DNA of 64,000 bases from Bugula neritina (lineage: Eukaryota > Animalia > Bryozoa): NCBI GenBank assembly GCA_964035545.1, contig OZ037769.1:4507929-4571928 (forward strand). The letters run 5' to 3'. Positions 12,392 to 24,300 of the stretch are shown in pieces. Position 1 is the first letter of the stretch. Each line of letters begins with the position of its first letter. The position numbers were made by a program, and so were the translations under genes. The notes beneath the pieces were generated by a model that searched no databases, was not told where the DNA came from, and saw only the letters and a list, made by a program, of their open reading frames with translations.

Positions 12392-15300
12392 ATGTTTCAA
12401 GCAAGAGCCCGGTCAGGATCTAAGTTGACTGTTGTTTATGATGCAGAAGGAAAGGAAATAGAGGTGAGTGCGATATAGTGTTAATTGCATTAACAGTGGT
12501 ATTATTAATTGTATTTAATCGTAATTTTATAATTATAATTATAATAAAAATAGCATACTCAGTGTTATATTTACTTATAGTATTGCTATTAGTACTATTA
12601 CTATTAAGAGAGTACTAATGCCATTGGATTTGGTGACAATCGCATACTGATGTGGTAACTAATTAATAAATTAATAAATATTATGATGAATAAAGTCCTA
12701 TAAAGAATCTTGAGAATGCAACACCAACAGTTTAAGTTATCTGTCATTTTTACTTTATTTATGTTAGGCTGAATCAAGAGAAGATGAAGAACAAAATGTC
12801 AAGCTTGATGAAACAATTGATCTGCTGCTAGCCGCTGGTTATTTTAGAGCTCGAATTAAAGGATTGTCCGCATTTGATAAGGTGCGATTATCATTAAGTT
12901 ATTTTTAATAAATAATTAGTCATTACTCAGTAATAAATAATTTTTATTGTGTTAAAACACAATTCATGTCTTATTCAATTTTCTGTCACTGTATGTTTTA
13001 GGTTTAGCAAATGATGGGAATTTTAATTTTTAGTTTCAGGTTTAAATTATTTGAACAATTACCATTTTTTTCTTTTAGTAGGCAACTTATTTGTTTAGTA
13101 TTGTTGAAGGAGAGCTTTGAATTGTCTCAAAACTCATCAGATTTATTTAACCTTTTAACTTAATTTCTAGTGCTGCATTTTTAAATTTATCCTCTCAAAA
13201 TGCAAGTCAATCTGTCAACAAACCTGGCTGTATTACTTTTAGATTGTTGGTGGTATGACATGGTGTATCACAACCTGCAACGTTGACGTAGAAGTTGATC
13301 TCCTTTTTCAAGAGAGCTCGACTATTGGTCAAAAAATGTAAGCTTCATCATTCAGACATACATGTGTATTTATCACAGCAATTTTCATCATATGTTTTGT
13401 CATTTTATTTATGCTAAAAGCAACATATTAATTACATAAAATGCAAATATACAAAGTATGTCAGTTATATATTAACCATCTGTCATTTAAGCACTTGGCA
13501 TTCACCAGTTTCAATGTATTATGCTCAGTCCAATTTTTTCCGTTGCTGCATTGTTTTAATTGTTGAGGTTGCCTCCTCTTTTTTAAACACAGTAATACGG
13601 AAATCAATTACGTTTTGTGCATCCAGGCTGCCTATCAATTGGTTTTCGCAGCTCTATCCATTGGTTGGAACTAAGTTCTTATAATAAATTAACTAAAGTC
13701 TTGTTATTTTTTGTTACAACAACTTCTTTTAATATTGTGCATAAATACACAATATTACTCTGCTGGCAGTTATGAGTAGTAAGTTGGGTTATTTGATACT
13801 GATAGCACTAGCTGTATTGTGTTTCCTACTAGTGATATATTATTTTCATTCTTACGTACTAAATTTTGGCTCACAATCTACTCTTTATTATACATGTTGC
13901 TCAGTCCATGTTGTTACATGGATTTATTAGTCGAACTGAGCTTAAGCTGAGCTGATGATGATTTGGTTCAGGCGCACTTAGTTTAGCTTTTGACCTGTTT
14001 CAATGTCTTGACTGCAATCGAACTAAGTACTTGTTGATTAAGTATTAGTATTCAAGCGCCATTAACCCAGGCACTACATTGTAAACTTATACAATTTGGT
14101 TTTCTTCTAGAGCTCTAGTAGAAAAGATTGTGGCCGTGCTGCCAAGAATGAAATGTCCGTATAGAATAGAACCGCATCAAATTCAGGGAATGGACTTCAT
14201 CCATATCTACCCAGTTGTTCAGGTAATCATTATGAGAGTGTTTTGCAAGTTTTTATGCTTTCTAGTTTTCTACTCTCGCGAAATTTATTCTGTTGATCAA
14301 CAAGCATACTTCTAAATGCTGTTGGGTGAAGAAAGTTTTCGATTTTAATTTTTCAGTCATGAAAGAATAACAATTTAAAGCAATCAATAGAAGTTGTGCT
14401 TCAAAGGATGAATAACGTGCATATGAAATCCATTACAGAAGTTTTTCATACTTGTGTAGTGGGAGATAACTCTAATGTACGTGTTATTTCTATTTCTGTA
14501 TGTATTGCTCAGTGGCTTGTGAAAAGAGCTATCGCTACAAGAGAGGAGATGGGAGACTTCAACAGGTTATTTGCTGTGTCTCAGTTCAACAAACACAACA
14601 AGCTACCAGAAGATGAGAGATTCCAGGCTAATAAACTAACAAGTATGACAACTCTTCAGAATATTAAGGTAGAGTTCATCAGTTGCTAATTCTAACCTTC
14701 TGTATTTGTTAAAAGACCGCTATAGCTCATGTATGTACAAAATATATACAAAATTGCTATTTTTACTAAATTAAAAATTTATGCAAACGGATCACATTAC
14801 TGAATTATGTTAATTTTACTCAAAAGTTTAAATCTTCTTGTCATTTCAGAGAACTTATGGACCACGTCGTAAGTATAGACGACTCCAACCTTTAAGTGAT
14901 TCAGATGAAGCGATTCGTGTTCAGTCTACTTTGCTGGAATATGGAAGGTTTGTAGAGATCAAGTTAAGAAATCAACTTTATAATTGATGCACACACTCAG
15001 TGCAAATTATCTTTAGTTGTTTTATCTTGTTGGGTGAAAAAGTTGCAGTAGCAGTGTTCATTAGTATTTTGTTGAAAGACAAGTAGTGATTGAATAATTT
15101 ATTTATTATTCATTTCAATTTGTTAAGCACAGTTGTCATTCAAGGGCTCTAGAATACAGATTCTAAAACACTCACTTTGGGTAGATTTTTATAAATGTGC
15201 GAGCTAATTAAGTTAAAATTATTTAGTTTATTTAAAATAGTTTTTAATGTATACAATCACCTAATGAATAAATCTTTTTTTAAAAAGACTGACTGTTGGA

Positions 15301-18300
15301 TATTTAATATCAATATAATAATTATTAATATTAAGAGAATATTTGAGTAGTAGGTAAGTAAATGTTGCCTTCCCATGAGAAAATATCGGTTTTGACATTT
15401 AGACTGCATGTTTATATTTTTTGTGTTTGAGTTTGGTTTAAGTTTTTGACTACAGCTCTGTGTGTTTTATAAGTCAAGCATTCTTTGTGCATTTTATCTA
15501 CAAACAATCTCTAAGATGCACCATGGGCTTTTGTGTCATGTACAATAACCTTGCATGTAATGTGCAATGACTTATTGTGAGATATGTAATGAGCTCTCGT
15601 TTGATGTAGCTCAGTTCAATATGTCCTGGGTGTTTAGATTTGACTAGAGGCAGTTGCCATCTGCTAATAAAAGTCATCACATGTAGATACACATCATTAT
15701 ATTCTTTCTTCAGGAGACATGCTGTCAGTCGTCATGGTGATTCGGAGACACAAAGTAAACAAAGCGAAGACGGCTCTGCTGGTATGACTGAAATAAAAGT
15801 GGATACGGCAAAGGAAGAGGTATTGGTATTTTTTAGTAAATATTTGTCACTGTGTATTGTAAACTTGGCTTAAAATCTTAGTGTGGACAGAAATAGAAAT
15901 TATATGGGTATTTTTGGAATTTACGTCTTCATTTTGTTGTGTATTCTTCCTTTCGTTTGGTTAAACTTTATCCTATTATTGTTGAGTTCTTGTTATTTAT
16001 GTTAAACAAGAGTAAACAGTAAGATTAAGCACGTATAAGTAAGATTGGCTGTAGAGTAGAATGTATGACTGTATTGTATTGAAGCTAACAAGTAACTGAC
16101 ATAAAAATACATGTAGGTAAACAGTGACAGAATAACAACTGGCTTGTATATTGATATGGCAAAAACTGTATATAATGAGTTTAAACAAATAGACATTAGA
16201 ATAAAAAGTAACCGAGCACATAAAATGTGGTATGTCATAATATGCATCTATGTGGTGTATTGACAAGGCTAGTTCAATACATAGCACTCCTCCCTCACAA
16301 ATTTAGACTTAAGAGTTATGGCTTGTACCAATCTGGCTGTCTGCGCTCTCTGGTTGGATAGCGCCTCTCATGAGGATGGACAATATTATTATCAGCTTGG
16401 GGTGTGTTGGGTACCACTGATTTGTTCATATTTGTAGATGGCAGGCGAATTTGAAGCTGATTAGCATGCCTCTTCCAGTTGCCACTGTCTGTTTGTACTA
16501 TGTAGATAGCATTTCCTTGTTTTGATATAATAGTTCCTGGGATCCACTTTGGACCAGTACTGTAGTTACGAGCGTACACTAGTGAGTCAATAGTGAACTA
16601 TGTTGTCTGTGGCTTGTCATGTTTAGGGTATTTGTGATTAGTAGGTTGGAGAAGGGATAGTAAGCCCCTGGGCTGGTGGCCATGCAGGACTTCTGCAGGT
16701 GTTTTCCATTCCAAAGCAGGATGTGGAATGGTTCTGTATGATGCTAATGTAAGTCTGATACTCTCGTCTAGAGATGCTCCTCCCTCACAATTCTTGTCCA
16801 CAGAGCTTTTAAAAGTTCTGACAAATCGTTCAGCTTCACCATTTGAAGGTGGGTGGTATGGAGGTGACAAGACATGGTTGATGTGGAAACTGTTGCAGAA
16901 ATTAGTAAATTCCTGGCTGGAAAACTGTGGGCCATTATCTGTAACTATAGTAGCAGGTACACCTTCTATAGCAAAGATATCCTTTAATACTTGTAATGTT
17001 TGGCGAGAAGTTGTCTGCCCTATTTCCATGCGTCCAATATATGGAAATTTTGAACAAGCATCAATGCAGATAAGCCACATTTTTCCTCTGAAAGGTCCAG
17101 CAAAATCTAGATGTATGCGTTCCCATGGCTTGTCTGTCTTGGGCCAGCTTTGAAACTTCTGGTCTGGAGCAGCTGCTGACTCCTGGCATACTTCGCAAGA
17201 TTTTATGGCTAGCTCAATATCCGTGTTGATGGTGCTCCACCACACATAGCGGCGAGCTAGTTGCTTTACCTTGACTACACCCCAGTGTGAAGAATGAAGT
17301 GTGTCTAGTATTCTGCATTGAAGTGAACGAGGTATAACTACACGACTTGTTTGTTCGCGTATCAACAACAATACACCTTGTTCAAGTTGCAGGGAGTCAC
17401 GGTGAATCCAGAAAGTGCCCAGTTCTTTGTCATCTGGTTTTGTGACTGGCCAACCTTGCTGAATCCATGTTATGACACGTTGAAGGTGTTGATCTTTGAC
17501 AGTTTCCTGTCTGACCTCATTGTATCCAGCAACAGGTGATGTAAATATTTGCTCTTGTATTGCATGGGATATCTCCTTGTTGTCCTGCTGCTCGATCCGG
17601 TCAAAATTGTTATCAGGACCAAATGGTAACCTCGAAAGACAATCAGCATTCCCATGTTGGGAGGTCTTTCTGTACCTGATAGTAAACTGGAAACCCATCA
17701 GAGTGAGAGCCCAGCGTTGTAAACGCTGCGCTGTTAAAGTCGGAATATTTTTGCCTGGTGCAAAAATAGTAGTGAGAGGCTCATGGTCTGTGACTAGCGT
17801 AAAATGTCGACCATATAGGAATTGTCTGAACTTGGTCACACCATATATAATAGAGAGAGCTTCACGTTCAATCTGAGAGTAGTTCTTTTGAGTGTCAGTC
17901 AATGTTTTTGAAGCGTAAGCCACTGGAACTTCTCCCTGATCAGTATCCTGCGAGAGGACAACTCCTAATCCATAGGATGACGCATCGGCTGCAAGAATTA
18001 GGGGTTTTGTCTCATCATAGTGTGTCAGGCTAGTAGCATTGATAATGCTATTCTTCAGCTGGGTAAAGGCTTATTCACATTCATTTGACCATGTGAATGT
18101 GGTATCATTCTTGAGGAGCTTGTACAGTGGAGCTGCTTTATCCGCAAGATTAGAGATGAAGCGCCCATAGTAGTTAACCTTTCCTAGAAATGCTTGCAGT
18201 TGGTGCAAGTCCTGTGGTCGAGGTAATTGAGAGAGAGCTGCCATGGAAGCAGCTGTTGGTCGTTTGCCATCCTTGTCGATGGTGTGACCCAGATACTCAA

Positions 18301-21300
18301 CAGAGTGCTTGAAGAATTCACACTTGTCTAATCGTATTCGAAAACCATGCTCTTGAAGTGTTGAAAGCAGGTTTGTCAGATTAGTCCAGTGTTCTTCCTC
18401 CGTTTTACCAGTAATGATTAAATCATCAAGGTATGCAGCAACTCCTGGTAATTTTTGAGTCAAGGTATCCATACACCGTTGAAACTGAGCTGGACCAGGG
18501 GCAATTCCAAAACACATTCTATTATATTGATATAATCCGAATGGAGTGTTTATCACACACAGCTGTTTGGCATCATCTTCTAGCTCAAGTTGTAGGTAAG
18601 CATCAGCCAAGTCAAGTTTGGTGAAAAATTTACCTCCTCTAAGCCTGTTCATTAAATCATCCAGTTTTGGTAGTGGATGCTGATCTATGGAGATGCACTG
18701 ATTGAGTCGCTTGAAATCTCCACAGATGCGAACTTTGCCAGACGGTTTGGTAACCACTACTATAGGAGCGGCCCAGTTACTGAAGTTAATACGTTGTATG
18801 ACCCCTTCAGCTTCAAGCCTGTTTAATTCAGCCCTAGTGGCCTCATGTTGAGAATAGGGGATTTCTCTAGGTTTAGAAAAACAAGGTTTCTGTTCTGATT
18901 TGAGGTAAATTGGTACTTTGAATGTTTTACAATGTCCTATTCCAGGTTTGAAAACATCGGGATATTTTGTTGTGAGAACTTTGACCTTGGTATCAACATT
19001 GTGTACTGCGTTAGTAACCTCGGTGTCACTGTCTACAGCAGATAGACCCTGTTGTGATAGTCCAAAACTGTCACTCCAGTCTACACCTAGTAAGTTGACA
19101 CCTTCATCTGAGTCTACTACTAATAATCGAAGATTGTTTTTTGTAGTCTGACCAATGGTTACTGTTACATAGCATTCACCACGTACCTGCATAGCGGTAT
19201 TTCCATATGAATGAAGGGTCGTGGCTGTCTGTTGATATGGTGGAGAGCCTAGGGCTTTGTAGCCTTTGTTTCCTACCATAGAACAAGTAGCGCCTGTGTC
19301 CCACTGAAATTGTGTTTGTTTGTTGTTCACAGTAGTGTTAATCCATATTTGTTTCCCCTTGCGTTCATATATATTGTAAACACTACTTGAAGATTCTTCT
19401 ACGAAGTGAGAGTTGTTCCCACTTGATTTTGATGAAGTTTTGCAGACGCTAGAAATATGTCCTGTTTTGTTGCACAGCTTACATTGTTTGTTACCGTGAG
19501 GACATTGTTTACGATCGTGGCTAATGTAGCATTGTAGACACGATTTCAACTTGGAAGGCTGTGTTGGCATAGCAGTCTGGTTTTCAGACTTGTGAAATTG
19601 TGGTCTCTTGCCCTGACTACCTTTGTTTTGACGTTTGTATGTTGAGGACATTTGATTTGTGGTAACAGGTGTAGAGGTCTCACCCTTCAAAACTTTATCA
19701 GTTTCTGCTGTTTGAATGTATGTAGCTGCCTTCTTTAACACATTTTCCAGTGTAGGATCTGGATCCAATAAGCATTGTCTACGTACATCAGCATGTGGAG
19801 TTTCTTTAATAATTATGTCACGGATTTGATCATCAACATAACTTTTACCACAGTCTTCCTTTTTACAGGTAAAATTGCAGTTACGAGCTAAACCCCGTAA
19901 ATCAGCTGCCCAATCTGAGTATGACTGGTTAGGTTTCATTTTACAGTTATAAAACTGATATCTAGCTGCTTGCACATGTTTTGTTTCAATAAAATGTGTG
20001 CTAAGCTTACCTGCTAGATTATCGAACGACATGGTAGTTATGTCCTCCGAGCCATACAGTTTTGTCAGCAATTCATAACATTCTGAGCCAATCCATGAAA
20101 GTAAGCAAGCTCGTTTTTGTTCACTGTCACTTACGTTGTAAACGGTAAAGTGTTGATTGAGCCGCTGTAAATACTGAGTCCATGATTCTTTGTCTCTGTC
20201 ATAAGAGTCGAATCTAGGCACAGTTACAGATTTATTTTGTGCAGGTTCACCAGGCTTTACAGCTGTAGTAAATTGTCCCAGTATTTGAGCGAATTGCTCC
20301 ATCTGCTGCTGCTGTTGTTGTTGCATTGTTGTTACAAGTTGTTTTATAACTTCCTCCATTTCAAAATGATATGTTTGTATCTATCCCAGTTCTGACACCA
20401 GTTGTTGTGTTCTTGTTATTTATGTTAAACAAGAGTAAACAGTAAGATTAAGCACGTATAAGTAAGATTGGCTGTAGAGTAGAATGTATGACTGTATTGT
20501 ATTGAAGCTAACAAGTAACTGACATAAAAATACATGTAGGTAAACAGTGACAGAATAACAACTGGCTTGTATATTGATATGGCAAAAACTGTATATAATG
20601 AGTTTAAACAAATAGACATTAGAATAAAAAGTAACCGAGCACATAAAATGTGGTATGTCATAATATGCATCTATGTGGTGTATTGACAAGGCTAGTTCAA
20701 TACATAGCAATTATTTGTATCAATCTGATTCTGCCAAAATTAGTCACCTTATAAATAATCATTCTATAAATTTAATAATAGATAATTACAAAAAGATTTT
20801 GAATAATTACTAGGTTATTGGTTTACGATGTGATAACTAAGGCAAGCCATGTCACCTTTTTTTATCTCTCTTAGTTATCTAACTGTAAATTTATAATTGT
20901 ATAAAAACCTATATGATAATGTTTTAGGAACAGGTAATCTGGTAGTAAGGAAGCAGTGTGATCAAAGTATTGTGTGTAGTTCACTTTACTTTATTCTATA
21001 TGCTGTAGTTTATAGCATCTGACTAATCTATCTTTTGCTGTGCTTAGTTGGAGTTTTAACATACTACTTGGCCTCAACAGCCTGGGGTACTGAGCATAAC
21101 TTTGGCTTATACAGCTTCTTAGAATGTTTCTGCTTATAAAATTCTTTAGCTTTTATTCACAGCAATAAATATTTTCTCAAATCGTGTGAGTGACAGCTCT
21201 ACCATTAATAATAATCTCTTTTTCATTTTGGAATTTAGAAAACAAGTCTTGCGCACTACACATTTATAAAAATTATTATTAATTTATTGCTATAGCAACG

Positions 21301-24300
21301 GATAAAGGAGCTGATGGGGTCTATGACAAGCACTGAGAGTCAGCTAGGCAGCAGTGTTACAGCATCAAAAGTGGGTTCAATGGTCTTCATGCAGTCCGAA
21401 GAGATCAAGAAGGCATCTGAAGAGTATGTGCAGAAGGTGAGTGACTGTGCATAAAACCGGAGAGCTCATTGGCTGTGCATATAACTTAACAGCACAGTGT
21501 GGTACGTTTCGGTTTCAAAGCTAATATATGTTAAATAAATATGTGATATTGTTGCTCCATTTGAGTTATAAACATCATTAATGTAGCATGCATTGTTTAT
21601 TTCAATTGAGTCTTTATTTTGACTGCCATAATAATTATATGAATACAAGAGAAGACAACTTCATGGTCATGTGTGATATTCAAGAATATCCAAGACTTTT
21701 ACCTTACACCTTTTATTGTTCAACTAACAGGTATTAAACAATAAAAAAGGTTCAAAATAAAACAATAACGCTATCAACAGTTTTGTTGTTAAAAAATTCA
21801 TGCAAGTTTATTATCACTATCCCTTTGAGAACCCTTGATGGAAAGGTTTTTTTTAATGAGCTAAGGACTTATTCATATAAGGCGCAGGAGCAATTATGAC
21901 TAGATGCTTTTCCTAACATCACCACCAGTGTTTGGACTTGAACCATTGACCTGTGTTTACTAGACCAGCACTCTAACCACTAAACCACAGCTGCTCCTTC
22001 AACTATTTTATTGTTTAATTAGCAGTTGATTGAAAAATTGTTTTGCTGTTTGGTGTTGAGATGATATGTCAGTTTTTGTTTGGTTTGCGAAAGCAAGCGG
22101 AGCTGGAGCAAACGGCTGAGAAACCCGGCACAGTTCAGCATCACAGGAAGTTGGTGGCGACTCTGCAAAAGCAGATCGAAGAGAGACGGAATAAACAGGA
22201 AGTGTTAGAAGTGCAATACAAAGAAAAAAAAGAAGAGTACACAGTAATAAAGAGTGAACTAGATGCGGTAATTTGCTCTTTTAGTAGCATGTATAAAACA
22301 CTCTTTAGTAACATTATTTTACTCATTTTCTATTGTTCAAATACTGAAAAAAAATGAAAAAAGAAAAAATCTATAAAATATTTACCAGCTGTATAAACTC
22401 TGTTGCTTGTAAACTGTAACTTGTAACTTGTAAACCTATAACTCAGAAGCTGTGACTCTGTTGTTGATGTCGCCCTAGGAGTTCTCTTTAAATCTACATG
22501 AAACAGCAAAACATCTACAGACCTGATTTATCAAGTAGTTGTGAAATTTTATAACCTTAGATATTTTATTTTCCAATCTCATACTCACATTTTATAGCCT
22601 TCAGTTTGAGATTTATATTTCAGCTCCATGATTTGTTAAAGTCTCGTACTCACTCATATATATGCTTTATGAATCAGCTCCATTTAGTTATTGTTGTTAT
22701 GATTATTTAGCTCGAGTCATTAGACGAGCAGATAACCCAAGAAATGAATAAAATAGAAGAATTAGAAAATGGAGAAAATAAAATGTAAGTTAATTTTTAA
22801 TTGGATGTTTCACATCACCTTGAATACTTGCTCATTGTCTCAGTGATTCTAGTTGATTTAGATTTTTGCTAGTAGTTTATTAATGTTTGGACTTGTTTCA
22901 TGTAGTATCAACTTTTACATCTTGTTTACTATTTTGAAGAGTTCTGGACAAGCTGAGAGAGTTGGTCGCAGTTAATGATTCTATCAAAGAAAAGGAAAAA
23001 CAATACAAGCAGAAATGCAAAGTATTTACACTTTTACTCTATTTTAAATTATATAGTATTGATTCTTTGTGCTTAAAATAAGATTCTATACATTAGTATT
23101 TGTCATCCCTGACTAGTTTACCATACATCTGTGCTGTGCGCTTGCTCAGGTATTTTAAAGTGTTTGCCTAAGAATTCCTAAATCATATGGGATTTATGTA
23201 TTGTGTGTGTCATGTGTGTTGTATGTGATCTGTGTGTAATACATGTGTCACAAGTGACACATGTCACACGTGTCACTTGTGACGTCACATCACACGTGAC
23301 ATGTCTGATGCTTGTGACATGTATTGTATGTTACATGCACTTGTGACATGTGTATTGTATGTGACATTCGTGATGTGTTTGACACATGTATTACTTGTGA
23401 CATGCATGGTGTGTGTGACACGTGTGACGGGGTCATACTTGTATCTAAAGGAGGAGCTGGCAGAGTTGCAGAAGGAGTTAGAGCAGATGGAGGTGGCCGG
23501 AGGGGAAAGTGAAGAAGACAAGGAGAGAAACTCCCAGATAGAAACTCAGTACAACGCGGATAAGTCGAAGCTGCACAAGATGAGGCTTGCTATAGTATGT
23601 TTATATTATATATGGCAACTTTGTACTTCTAAGTGAAAGTTTAAAAGAGAGATCATTTTTAAATTCTATGTTGTTATATTTTAGTATAATATATCTTATA
23701 TTTCCGTTGATGCATATCTCTATATATTTCTAATTGTGCAATGGGCAATGCTGTTTTAATGTTATGCTGGTGGTGCGTGCATTACAGGCAAAGAAGAACA
23801 GGGAAATCTCTTCTCTCCAGAGAAGAATTGACGAAGTTCCCTCCAGAGCTGAGCTCAGTCAATATCAGAGACGGTTTATTGAGTTATATAATCAAGGTTT
23901 GTCTTCTCATGCAGCTTTATGCCAGCTCTATACTTTATATACACAAGTGCATTGTTGGTAAAATCAACTAACTTATTGTTATAGTGAGTTGCACAATTAC
24001 TAAATGCCTACAGACTTTTCTTACTGACTACCCAAACTGCCTGCACTTTAAATATATTACTATAAAAGCATTATTTATTTCAATCTTGATAAAAAATTAT
24101 AATAAAATTATTCCTACAGCTATACTTTAAATCAAATGCATGTTTATTAAGTAAGTTATTTTATTAATTATAGTAAAGTTTCAATTTTAAATGCACATGA
24201 ACACGATATAGAGTTATAAAAAATTTGTGATTGGCAAGCTATACATTTTATTAACACACTATATAATGCTTTCAGATTGTGTTTTCATCAACTTCCAATG

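Larger units (their letters stand above)
15980..20709 (-). mobile_element. Full-length Ty3/gypsy LTR retrotransposon (Mag-like), 4730 bp, antisense in CCDC93 intron 7
   Basis: Two 307-bp TG...CA LTRs, 5-bp TSD ATTAT (15975-15979 and 20710-20714), PBS, PPT, and a single gag-pol frame in PR-RT-RH-IN order. Confidence 0.97.

Noticed and set aside
16728-19151. Plus-strand ORFs of 62-141 aa over pol
   Set aside because: Antisense shadows of the retrotransposon frame, with no motifs.
15997-20710. Identical duplicated 96-aa and 81-aa ORFs
   Set aside because: Chance frames within the two LTRs; the identity reflects LTR identity.
21286-21299. X-box-like ATTGCTATAGCAAC
   Set aside because: Overlaps the CCDC93 exon 8 acceptor and first codon, so it is explained by splicing and coding constraint.
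21920-21997. tRNA gene (also 24845-24921)
   Set aside because: A and B boxes are present but there is no acceptor-stem closure, and they continue into a shared SINE body.
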